Shown: positions 30,164 to 39,175 of the stretch, in pieces | Layout: every line of letters begins with the position of its first letter | How positions within the stretch are numbered: the stretch's first letter is position 1 | Source of the DNA: Bdellovibrionota bacterium | Lineage (GTDB): Bacteria > Bdellovibrionota_C > UBA2361 > JBGSMV01 | Reading direction: 5' to 3' | Assembly: GCA_041739995.1 (NCBI GenBank) | Contig: JBGSMV010000046.1 | Location: 9,774-73,773, forward strand | Length of the DNA: 64,000 nucleotides | Notes under the pieces: generated by a model | Databases searched by the model: none | What the model was told of the DNA's origin: nothing | Seen by the model: the letters and a program-made list of their open reading frames with translations, nothing else | Made by a program: the position numbers and the translations under genes

Positions 30164-31531
30164 ATGAAGGCGCAGTCCAGTGATGAAAATGCTCCGTTTG
30201 TGATGCTTCGGGGAGACGATGCTTCATTTTCGGCTATCACTTCGTTGCTGGGGCGCTTCGCCCATCGCGTCGAGCTTGTACACGATCTCGACCAGGCTCG
30301 AGAACTCGTTCAGCATCCTCTGCGTCCAACCCAAGGGCTCCTGATACCGCTTCGCTTACACGACGACAGCTCAGGAATTAAAAGTTGCCTGGAGGCCAAG
30401 GCCGATCCTCTGCTTTCTCAAGCACCAGTCGTCGGACTCACGCCTTCACGCGATCGCGCCATCTTACAGAGTTTCTACGGTGCGGGAGCGGACAGTGTGA
30501 TACCTGTTCCCTTTGACGCTGAGGCGCTTTTTTTTCAACTTGACGCGTTAGTGCGAGCCTACCGCAGCATTGCTGAAATCTCGGCAGCGGGGAAAGACAC
30601 GTTGGCTCTCTCAAAGGGCGCGGTCGCTGCCCTCGACGCCACTCAAGAAGCCATTGTCCTATTTGACACTGACTACAGCCCGGTCTTCGCCAATGCGGCA
30701 GCCCGTTCTTACCTTATCGCTGAAAGAGGCATCACACCCGATCAGCTCTCGAAACTTTCGAATGAACTGAAACCTAGTTTGCGCGCAGCGCTTACCGGAA
30801 AAGCTCTTCCCACATCTGAGAGCAAGAAGAATTCTCTGGCGGCTACATTTACGCAACTGCGCGGAGAACGAGGGCTTCCAATTGGCGTAGCCGTACGGCT
30901 CGCCCACCTCGCTGACATCGAGTATTTAAGCCACAACCTCGAAATTGCCTTAAGATCCCAAGCACTTTCGTTACTTGGATCTGCTGCTCTTTTAAACTCC
31001 CTTACGCGTGCACACGGGGGCTACCCCTTAACGCCTCTGCATCAGTTTTTCTCTTCTATTTCCAAAGAAACTCCCCTCACTCCGCTTGGGCCCTTACTTA
31101 CGGCGCTTACAGAAGTGCTCGATAGCGTACTCCCCGCCTCCCTCGAACTCACGGTCCACGTTGAGGGAGAGCCTACCGTTTCCCTTCGACCAAGTGACGC
31201 CACGCGTCTCGTTGGCCACTTGCTGCTTTATACGGCAATGCGTTGCGGAAAAGACGGCTCAATTGCCGTAACCGCCGAACACGATCCCAGCGCCAAGGTC
31301 GTCAGTCTTTTGATCGTCGGCGAACACGGCAAGACGCGTCTTGGCGTTCAGAGGGACTATGTCGAAGAATGCTTGAGCAACGCCCAGGGGACCCAAAAAG
31401 GCTCGGATGGGGAAAAGCTCGTGTTTGGCCTAGAAGCAGCGCAGACAATCGCCGATCAATACCACCTACAGCTTGAGTACAAAACAAACGCCTCGCATAC
31501 GAAGGTGCGCATGCAGGTCTCGTGTAGCTAG
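30164..31531 (+). CDS. Degenerate receiver-PAS-kinase-like protein (pseudo-receiver/pseudokinase)
   Basis: REC-like N-terminus (GAGADSVIPVPFD) lacking the phospho-Asp and Lys; PAS-like EAIVLFD...FANAAA; HATPase-like tail FGLEAAQTIA. Confidence 0.6.
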   Translation: MKAQSSDENAPFVMLRGDDASFSAITSLLGRFAHRVELVHDLDQARELVQHPLRPTQGLLIPLRLHDDSSGIKSCLEAKADPLLSQAPVVGLTPSRDRAILQSFYGAGADSVIPVPFDAEALFFQLDALVRAYRSIAEISAAGKDTLALSKGAVAALDATQEAIVLFDTDYSPVFANAAARSYLIAERGITPDQLSKLSNELKPSLRAALTGKALPTSESKKNSLAATFTQLRGERGLPIGVAVRLAHLADIEYLSHNLEIALRSQALSLLGSAALLNSLTRAHGGYPLTPLHQFFSSISKETPLTPLGPLLTALTEVLDSVLPASLELTVHVEGEPTVSLRPSDATRLVGHLLLYTAMRCGKDGSIAVTAEHDPSAKVVSLLIVGEHGKTRLGVQRDYVEECLSNAQGTQKGSDGEKLVFGLEAAQTIADQYHLQLEYKTNASHTKVRMQVSCS

Positions 31532-31564
31532 TGTGGTGATTAAACCAGGAACGCGGTTTTCTCT

Positions 31565-31713
31565 CTCCGCTCCCTCCGTGTCTCCGCGTCACTAAAATTT
31601 AACCAGAAGGCCTGAAGGACCTGAGACTTCCATTGATGGATACGCAATGTTGCATTGGATGGGCGCGCTTTCTAGTTAGGGATTTTTATTGCGGAGACGG
31701 GGAGAGGGCGGAG
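31565..31713. repeat. Intergenic imperfect inverted repeat (REP-like)
   Basis: ctccgctccctccgtgtctccgc (31565-31587) vs gcggagacggggagagggcggag (31691-31713), 19/23 complementary. Confidence 0.55.
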
Positions 31714-31768
31714 CGTTTGAGCTGCCTCTGTTGCGAAAATATAAGCGTAGAGGAATCGCAGAGGCGAA

Positions 31769-31807
31769 CCTTGGACTGAGCAAGTCGAAGCTTTGCTCAG
31801 TCCAAGG
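31769..31807. terminator. Perfect 15-bp hairpin between convergent genes
   Basis: CCTTGGACTGAGCAA-gtcgaagct-TTGCTCAGTCCAAGG; no U tract, so the terminator role is uncertain. Confidence 0.45.
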
Positions 31808-31903
31808 ACAGCCTGCACCTGACCAGATAACAAAAGGCTAGTGTTGCGTCTGCGCCCTGTCGTTATTGCCTATCAGGTTTGTGAGGAAGCCTAGCGCGGA
31901 GAT

Positions 31904-33265
31904 TTAGCGCGAGAGTAACCACCACACGACCATCAAGATCAAGGCCAGCACCATCAAGAGACCGACGGTGAGCCAAATCTTGTCTTCCAGTGATGAACTT
32001 ACTTCATCTTCGCTCACCTCTGACGAGTACCGTGACCGACCGCTCGCATCAAATCCGCCACGGGGGCGCACGAGCGATGGATCAATCGCTACAGTCTGAT
32101 CGGCTCTCACATCATCCAGTGACCCGATCTTTCCAAATGGCAAACGATCAGGATGACGCGGAGTAGGCGGTGCATCTTGGGTATCATCCGCTTCCCCCTC
32201 TCCCCAAGGAAAGGAGCGCGTTGGATCTCGCCGCCCACCAGTCACATCTCCGGCCATATCACCTGACGCCTGCATCTCAACGGACTCGTTCGCCGAGTGC
32301 GAGCCACCTGAAGGACGTGTCGCGCGTGCGGCTTCTACCCAGCCGCCTTCAGTGCTTTGCTCATGCGCGGAGGGAGTCGAAAAAGTTCCTGCAGAATGTG
32401 CGTCCCCTTGGGCGCCACTCGCGTGCGCAAGCGAAGCTCCAGAGAGTGTGCCTGCCTCGTTTGCTGAAATAGGCGATTGGCCCGGTGGCGCACTGCGAGG
32501 ATCTCCTGCTGGTCCTTGCCCGAGCAGGTCTCGACTGCTCTCGCCACCACGGCGTCCACGATCCGCATCGGGCGAATCTGACGGGCTGCGCTTCGCACTC
32601 ACCACGTCATTGAAGATGATCCGGAAATGCTCAACCACTAACTCATCACGGTCCTGCAACACTCGCGTTTGGCTCAAGGCTTGGCCATTCAGCTCCACCA
32701 AAATATCTTTGGAGATAGTGAACGCCGCGACACTCTCACCACGACGCTCCACCACGAGAGATGGCAGGTCGTGCATATCGACACTTAGCTGGAGATCCGC
32801 ATTCTTTCCGCCAACGACGAGAGCGCGCCCAAACTCCGGCACCGGATACTCGGACTGAAATGCCTCGCGCGAGAACACCAAAAGAGATCTGATGCCAAAA
32901 CCCATTCGATCGAACTCAGCGCTCCCTCTTCGCTCCGCGTCCTCAACTTCGATCGCTACATCACCTAGCTGCAAGTAATCGCCCGGCTTTATCAAAAGCC
33001 AGACTTGTGTGGGGACCTTTTCGCCATTCAACCAGGAGCCGTTGGTGCTACCTTCGTCCCGGTAGGTCCAGTGCTGCCCTACCCCCCGAAGCAGACCATG
33101 CACTCGAGAGACTGCGCTGCTTGGAAGCGTGATACCCCCAGGTGGCGGTTCTCGACCAAGCAGCACTTCGTCGCCCTCGACAATGGCGAGCTGCCGGCGT
33201 GAACGTTGGTCAGGGGTGCCCCCAGGGGCTTGGACGATTTGAAATAACACTATAGGGCGAGCCAT
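31904..33265 (-). CDS. FHA-domain protein (FHA + degenerate second FHA, disordered linker, C-terminal TM anchor)
   Basis: LLGRE...AVSRVH...DEGSTNGSWLNG; second ALVVGG...VELNG...LQDRDEL; terminal hydrophobic helix; start at MARP. Confidence 0.85.
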   Translation of the reverse strand: MARPIVLFQIVQAPGGTPDQRSRRQLAIVEGDEVLLGREPPPGGITLPSSAVSRVHGLLRGVGQHWTYRDEGSTNGSWLNGEKVPTQVWLLIKPGDYLQLGDVAIEVEDAERRGSAEFDRMGFGIRSLLVFSREAFQSEYPVPEFGRALVVGGKNADLQLSVDMHDLPSLVVERRGESVAAFTISKDILVELNGQALSQTRVLQDRDELVVEHFRIIFNDVVSAKRSPSDSPDADRGRRGGESSRDLLGQGPAGDPRSAPPGQSPISANEAGTLSGASLAHASGAQGDAHSAGTFSTPSAHEQSTEGGWVEAARATRPSGGSHSANESVEMQASGDMAGDVTGGRRDPTRSFPWGEGEADDTQDAPPTPRHPDRLPFGKIGSLDDVRADQTVAIDPSLVRPRGGFDASGRSRYSSEVSEDEVSSSLEDKIWLTVGLLMVLALILMVVWWLLSR

Positions 33266-33406
33266 AGGGGGCAAAATAAACCTCAACAGCCCAAAGGTAC
33301 AATAGCTCAAGCTTCGATCTATGCATTTGAAAGATAGGGACCAGATCCGGAGGCCGGGGCACATATCTAGGCCCCCTTCTCACGCATGAGGGTCCAACAT
33401 CGTGCC

Positions 33407-33706
33407 TCAGGTGCTTCTCCGACGCGAAGAAGGTTGTTGCCGCTCTAACTCCGCAAGAACAGTGGCGACCGCCTCAAATAATTCTGCAGGAATAGACTGA
33501 TCGAGCTCGAGCTCCCCAAGCATACGGGCGAGTCCAGAGTCCTCGCGCACGGGAATGCCATAGCGATGTGCAAGCGCCACCACTTGATCGGCATGCATGT
33601 GTTCGGCGGTCACATTCACCGCCGGGGCTGCTCCTCCAGGGGTTCCTTTCTCTCGCGCCTGATATTCAATCCCCACCGCTCTGCGGTAACGCGCTTCTGC
33701 GGTCAT
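33407..33706 (-). CDS. Stand-alone FlhB/SctU C-terminal (CC) domain protein
   Basis: AVGIEY...AP.V...A..VVALAHRYGIPVREDSGLARML..LELDQSIPAELFEAVATVLA. Confidence 0.88.
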   Translation of the reverse strand: MTAEARYRRAVGIEYQAREKGTPGGAAPAVNVTAEHMHADQVVALAHRYGIPVREDSGLARMLGELELDQSIPAELFEAVATVLAELERQQPSSRRRST

Positions 33707-36700
33707 CGGCCCTCCTTCGGAGCACCTCGAACACCCTGTGGCGACTTCTCAATAAGTGGATTTTTAGACCTACTCTGCCCTTCTGTAGCTTCTGTCCGTG
33801 CTTGATCGGGTCGATCTGCCCTTTGTGCGTAATCAGACGATCCCTTTGATCCCTCCTTTCCCAGTCCGGAAGGATACGGTGGCATCTGCGGGATTGAGCT
33901 TCGCTTCCGCTCTGCCACACCCTGATGCACTTCACCGGGATGCACAGCACCGGGAGCAAATGAACCCTGAGCGCGGGGAAGGACGGGAGCCACGGGTGGG
34001 ATGGGGTTCTCCACCTCTGAGCTAACCCGCAAGGCAAGAGATCCTCCCGTCAGGCGATTTTCAAGAACGCTACGAATTTGTTCGCTCATCGACCAAATTC
34101 GTAGAGGTTTTTCAAAAAGCTGGCAGCGATCTCTCGCCAATTCCTTGCTTTCCCAATGCTGTAGGTCGGCAACATACCCAAAGATATTTACCGCTGGATG
34201 GATTTGGAGGATCGATGCAACAAGGTCTGTGGCTACGGTCCCGACACGATCAAGATCAATGAGGACCAGCGCTCGCACATCACGTACTTGGCGCAGCATC
34301 TGCAACAAGCGCTCGCGAGTCAACGGAATAGCCACGTCCGCGTGCGGCCCTTCGAAGGAAGATCGCAGCGAATAGCCAATCGCAGAATCAATCTCAAACA
34401 TGAAGACGTGAGTGAACTCGGTAGCTCTGTCGCTGCCGCCCACACCCACATGCGTACCGGTCGCCGTCTCGCCCGACACTGCAGGAAGATATACACTAAA
34501 GGTCGTACCCTGCCCCTGCTGGGTGCGCACCGTGATCGCTCCATCGTGCTGCTTTACGATCGAATAGGCAGACGAGAGTCCTAAGCCCGATCCACCGAAT
34601 CCAAGCCCCGTGCGCGTATCAATATTCTTGGTGGTGAAAAACGGCTCAAAACATCGTGTTTGGCTCTCTGGCGTCATGCCGGGGCCATTGTCTTCAACTT
34701 CGACACGCAGATATTCCCCTGGTGCAAGTTCGGGATCTACCTCGCCTGATCTAACTTTCACGCGACGAACAAAGACTTTTACCTTTCCGTCGGACCTGCC
34801 CTCGAGCGCTTCTTTGGAGTTCACCAATAGATTGGTAATGACCTGCTGCAACTGGCTCTGATCGGCAACGATTGGCGGCGCGTCAGAGGTGACATCATAC
34901 TCGAGCTCAATTCCCGCGCCGAGCACTGAGCGATAAAGCTCTTTGGAGTCTTCAAGAAAGCTCTGCACTGAAAGAGTGGTAGGGGCAAAACCGCCCTGCA
35001 TAGAAAAATTGAATAGCTGCTTCACAAGGCTGGCCCCTTTTGAGGCCGCATCATTAATCATGCGCGCTGACTGAGTGACTCTCTTGTCGTGGCCCATCTG
35101 CATCTCTATCAAAGAAGCCTGACCCATCACTGCTTGCAGAAGATTATTGAAATTATGCGCCACCCCAGAAGCAAGTAAGCCTGCCATGCGCATCTTGTCG
35201 GCATCCGCCATGCGCGCTTCGAACTTTCTGGCGAGAATTACAGTGGCGATCTCCGTGGCCATGCTGTTCAGCAATGGAAGTTTGCGCTGCACAAAGAATG
35301 TCGATGGCACTGCCGGTTCAACTACTAGTACGCCGACCACTTGCCCCAAAGCGACCAGAGGCACAATGACAATGGTTCCACAGTTCAAGCGCGCAAGCAC
35401 TCGCCCAAGATCGCCGCATTCCTGCTCGGCGGAGGCGTCGAATACCACAGGAGATCTGGTGCGAATGGCGCGATCGAGCAACTGATTCTTGGCGCCAAGT
35501 TCGACTTGCATGTCCACTACGTGCTTACGAATTCCTGGGCCCACACCTGCGGTGCCCATCAAGTGAGAACCACGATTGTTCATCACTCCAAGCCACATGC
35601 GCTTGCACGCAATTTCTTCTTGAATTGAAGGAAAGGCATGCTCGGCCACTTCCTTCAGAGTCATTTGCTTTGAGAGTTCGTGGCTTAAGCGATAGAGCGC
35701 AGACAGCGAGCTTGAATGTCTTTTCTCTGCGGCATAGAGCTCAGCTTGTCGAGCGGCCAATGCGATCTGTGCGCATGCAGCCGAAACAAGATCATAATCA
35801 TCCGTTGAGTACTGCGCTTCAGTTCTGCGGAAAAGAACCATGACCCCGAGCACCTGTTCCTCGAAAACAAGTGGCATGATGATGGTGGCTCGAACTCCCT
35901 CGCGCCGCGCAAGTTCGACTGCGGCACGTGGTTCTTGTTGAATGTTGCTGAGCAACACACCCTCACGGCGGTCGACTGCGTCTCGCGCCAGGGTGTGCTT
36001 CCCGATAATCGCGCCGACATCTTCTACATACTGACTGGACAGCCCCTCTGCCGCGACCACTTCCAGCTGACCTGTTGAGGGATCGATCAGTCCGCTAAAA
36101 CCACAATCACTTCCCGTCGCGCGAATAAGTGCTCTTAAACCTTTGAGCGCGACCACACTGGGATCCAAATTTAGCTCAAGAGAACGCGCCACTTCATACA
36201 GCGCCTCAATGCGACGCCCTTGAGAACGAGAACGCTCTTCTGCGGCGCGACGTGCAGTGGTATCAACCCAGAACCCTTCCCAACCCATCAAGCTTGGATT
36301 GACCTGATCTGAGCCATTCGCAAAAAATGGAATCGCACGCATTAATATCCAGCGCACCTCTCCAGTCAGCTGATTGGTGACCTGAACTTCATCATTGAAC
36401 TCGCCAAACGGCAGAGAACGCGCGCGGCGCAATACTCGTCTTAACTCATGTGCTCGAAAAGAGCGTCGCCAACGCGAGGGGGAGGAAAGCAGTTCGTCCG
36501 CTGGGAAACCAAACAGGCGTTGGGTGTCCCCCACAAGTTCAGTCACTCTCAATGCAGGATCGGTACGAACGATCAGGAGCTCTCCGTGCTCTGCGATCCT
36601 TCGATATGATGAACGGCGCTGCTCTTCTAAATCGCCTGCGGCAGCGTCCGCTCTTTCGGCAACACGAGACTCAATTTCTGAGGGCTTAGAAACAAGACTG

Positions 36701-37233
36701 AGTGGAGACGACTCCACTTCGGTTTCCTTCAAGTCAGCGCGATGCTCTGGCGAGGTATAAAAGTCATCCCGCGATCCAATCTCCCTCTCGATACGAAGCC
36801 CAAGCAGAGTAGCTGCTAATTCTGAATAGGCTCGCTCCTCTCCACGCAGGCGAAGATGCTCATGAATCGTGAAGGCTTCCAAAGCGGCGACCATGCGATC
36901 TCCAGCATACACCGGAACTAGCAGATACGATTTGACTCCATTCTCTTCGAGCTGCTCTCGAAGCATCGGGTCGATTCGCTGTCGCTGGGGATCGGAGACG
37001 AACAGCGGTAGACGCATCGCACGCCCTCGAAGCGAAGCTTCGCCGGAGCGAATAGTAATTCCTGCGACGGAGCTTGAACTCCAGGATTCGCCACTTTCAG
37101 AAAGAAGGATAACCTGGTCGAAATTAAGAAATTCAGAGAAGAGTTTGGCGACGATCTGCGACGCGTGAGACGTATCTCTGGAGGCAGAGAGCGCTTTGCG
37201 AAGCGAGGCCAGAGGTGAAAACGCTTCAGTCAC
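33703..37233 (-). CDS. Soluble hybrid histidine kinase (GAF-PAS-GAF-GAF-HisKA-HATPase-REC)
   Basis: H-box GVAHNFNNLL, N-box QVITNLLVNSKEA, DNGPGM, FEPFFTTK, GSGLGLS; C-terminal REC-like LIDLD...EKP; no TM seen. Confidence 0.93.
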   Translation of the reverse strand: MTEAFSPLASLRKALSASRDTSHASQIVAKLFSEFLNFDQVILLSESGESWSSSSVAGITIRSGEASLRGRAMRLPLFVSDPQRQRIDPMLREQLEENGVKSYLLVPVYAGDRMVAALEAFTIHEHLRLRGEERAYSELAATLLGLRIEREIGSRDDFYTSPEHRADLKETEVESSPLSLVSKPSEIESRVAERADAAAGDLEEQRRSSYRRIAEHGELLIVRTDPALRVTELVGDTQRLFGFPADELLSSPSRWRRSFRAHELRRVLRRARSLPFGEFNDEVQVTNQLTGEVRWILMRAIPFFANGSDQVNPSLMGWEGFWVDTTARRAAEERSRSQGRRIEALYEVARSLELNLDPSVVALKGLRALIRATGSDCGFSGLIDPSTGQLEVVAAEGLSSQYVEDVGAIIGKHTLARDAVDRREGVLLSNIQQEPRAAVELARREGVRATIIMPLVFEEQVLGVMVLFRRTEAQYSTDDYDLVSAACAQIALAARQAELYAAEKRHSSSLSALYRLSHELSKQMTLKEVAEHAFPSIQEEIACKRMWLGVMNNRGSHLMGTAGVGPGIRKHVVDMQVELGAKNQLLDRAIRTRSPVVFDASAEQECGDLGRVLARLNCGTIVIVPLVALGQVVGVLVVEPAVPSTFFVQRKLPLLNSMATEIATVILARKFEARMADADKMRMAGLLASGVAHNFNNLLQAVMGQASLIEMQMGHDKRVTQSARMINDAASKGASLVKQLFNFSMQGGFAPTTLSVQSFLEDSKELYRSVLGAGIELEYDVTSDAPPIVADQSQLQQVITNLLVNSKEALEGRSDGKVKVFVRRVKVRSGEVDPELAPGEYLRVEVEDNGPGMTPESQTRCFEPFFTTKNIDTRTGLGFGGSGLGLSSAYSIVKQHDGAITVRTQQGQGTTFSVYLPAVSGETATGTHVGVGGSDRATEFTHVFMFEIDSAIGYSLRSSFEGPHADVAIPLTRERLLQMLRQVRDVRALVLIDLDRVGTVATDLVASILQIHPAVNIFGYVADLQHWESKELARDRCQLFEKPLRIWSMSEQIRSVLENRLTGGSLALRVSSEVENPIPPVAPVLPRAQGSFAPGAVHPGEVHQGVAERKRSSIPQMPPYPSGLGKEGSKGSSDYAQRADRPDQARTEATEGQSRSKNPLIEKSPQGVRGAPKEGR

Positions 37234-37244
37234 GACGAATCAGC

Positions 37245-38033
37245 TTAAGAGAGACTATTTCGTTCAACAATAATAACTCGGGCCCGTTTCACACGGCGCT
37301 CTACTTCGCGTAGCGCCAATGCCTCGTGCAATGCCCTTCTTGCACTCTTGAGGAGTGGATCACCCTCCTCTTCTCGATAATCCCGACGAACCTCATCGGT
37401 TGTCATGGACATTTCCCTTAAAAAACTTCGTCGGTTGAGCACATACTCCACTGCTCCCAGAAGAAGCAGCATTACACCTGCGATGGCTGACAACACGATC
37501 AGCTCTGACCGACACCAGTCCAGCAACACTCTCACATCCGAACCAAACAATTCGAATGCAGAGCGAAAGGAGCTGTTTAAAACCAAAAACAACCCGGTGC
37601 CCAAAAGGGCTACCATCAGGATTGTCCGCCATACTCGCAGCATGCCAGTCCACACTGTGCCGAATCCGGCAAAGGGACTACATCGCTCCAACTGCGGACT
37701 TAAGAGTGCCCACGCGAAACGCAACCCGACCTGAAAGAACTCGAACAGCAGTCCTACGAGCGCCCCGGCTCCCAAACTAATTAAAAGAAATGAAAGCGCG
37801 GACTCTAGGAAAGAACGAACGCAGCCGAACCCTTCGGTTCTGACATCGTTAAAACAATAGTTTAGCAAGATTGTGGGGCTTACCCAACCTGACTGCAGCA
37901 GCCAGCCTGCACATAGGCAGACTGCCAAAGCTGCGGCATTTTGCGTTAAAATTCGGCTCCTTACCACCCTACCGCGTTTACGGGCGTCTTCTAGACGGCG
38001 CTGTGTCGGGGCGTGTCCTTTGTACTCAGCCAC
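37245..38033 (-). CDS. flhB: SctU/FlhB export-gate protein, N-terminal part only (ends at the cleavage site)
   Basis: PTQRRLEDARKRGRVVRS, four TMs, MSMTTDEVRRDYREEEGDPLLKSARR; ends ARVIIVERNSLS* without NPTH. Confidence 0.88.
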   Translation of the reverse strand: MAEYKGHAPTQRRLEDARKRGRVVRSRILTQNAAALAVCLCAGWLLQSGWVSPTILLNYCFNDVRTEGFGCVRSFLESALSFLLISLGAGALVGLLFEFFQVGLRFAWALLSPQLERCSPFAGFGTVWTGMLRVWRTILMVALLGTGLFLVLNSSFRSAFELFGSDVRVLLDWCRSELIVLSAIAGVMLLLLGAVEYVLNRRSFLREMSMTTDEVRRDYREEEGDPLLKSARRALHEALALREVERRVKRARVIIVERNSLS

Positions 38034-38877
38034 CGATTCCTCCTAAAAAAGAGTCAGAATCGGGCTCCTTCTGGCCGTTCTGGAGAGCTTGAGGGCCGCT
38101 CTGAGAGGCCTCCGATACCGGCACCAGAGCGGAAAGTACCACCGCCGGCTGCGCAAGTTGTTGAAGACTCGAGAACAATCCAAGCTGCCAAGAACCGACA
38201 GCCATAGTCCACAGCAGCAGTGATTTTATGAGAAACACTTCGCTGGTGAATGAGACCTGCGGCATTACTTTGGAAACCCATCCGAAGGCCAGCTCAAGCA
38301 AGAGTGCGACGACAGAAAACCACCCGACCAATAGAACGCACCACTGCATGGTAGAGACCGTTGCCTGCAAAGCAAACCTACAATACTGAACTACGGAACT
38401 AACGCTTGTGACCGGAGACATGCGCGCACTCTCCAGGAAGGTCCCGACCAACTGATCGCCAAGCCCTGACAACAACAGCAGTGCCCAGATCCATGCATGC
38501 GCAAGAATCGCAAAGGACGGTTCTCCCTCCATTTGTTCCTTGGCACCTAAGGGATCAACAAAGGCTGACAGGGTTTGGCCACGTACAGTCTCAAACAGCT
38601 CTCCCCCCATAGATACCAGCGAGAGCACTAACGCGGCGGGAAGTCCTAAACATAATCCAAAGAGAAACTCGCTTATAAAGAAATGCCACTCGAGCGTGAC
38701 ATTCATCGCCCCCGGCCCTATTCCACAAAACGCGAGTCCCCATGCAAGTGCCATTCGAAGCGCCAGCATCGAGGGTGAGGATCCAAGCGGGAGCAGCGTT
38801 AACATCCCCAGTGCGCGAAGCACCAGTCCCGCCACGCCCACGCCGTAAACCTGGAGATACTCGAAGACGGTGCTCAT
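38026..38877 (-). CDS. fliR: Type III export-gate protein SctT/FliR
   Basis: Multi-TM, EFLFGLCLG, GGELFETVRG..L...VDP, SKVMPQVS; position between sctS and sctU. Confidence 0.82.
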   Translation of the reverse strand: MSTVFEYLQVYGVGVAGLVLRALGMLTLLPLGSSPSMLALRMALAWGLAFCGIGPGAMNVTLEWHFFISEFLFGLCLGLPAALVLSLVSMGGELFETVRGQTLSAFVDPLGAKEQMEGEPSFAILAHAWIWALLLLSGLGDQLVGTFLESARMSPVTSVSSVVQYCRFALQATVSTMQWCVLLVGWFSVVALLLELAFGWVSKVMPQVSFTSEVFLIKSLLLWTMAVGSWQLGLFSSLQQLAQPAVVLSALVPVSEASQSGPQALQNGQKEPDSDSFLGGIGG

Positions 38878-39137
38878 GACATTTGACCGAAATATACCAG
38901 GCTGCTCAGCATGTCCTGCATAAAGCGAACCAACTTCTCGCTGAAGAAATCTGCTCCGACAATTAAAACGGCGCTGACGGTGACCACTCGCACCAGAAAC
39001 TGCACTGTCTGTTCTTGAATCTGTGTTGCTGCTTGAAACACGGAGAGCACGAGACTGACGACACAGCTGACGAGCAGAGGAATTCCGCTTATGATCGCGA
39101 CAAGTAACAGCCCTTCAGCTACCAATGTATCAAACAC
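38874..39137 (-). CDS. fliQ: Type III export-gate protein SctS/FliQ
   Basis: 87 aa, SVFQAATQIQEQT. Confidence 0.92.
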   Translation of the reverse strand: MFDTLVAEGLLLVAIISGIPLLVSCVVSLVLSVFQAATQIQEQTVQFLVRVVTVSAVLIVGADFFSEKLVRFMQDMLSSLVYFGQMS

Positions 39138-39175
39138 TACTTACTCCCCTTAAGTTCATAACGCCTCTGAAGCGC

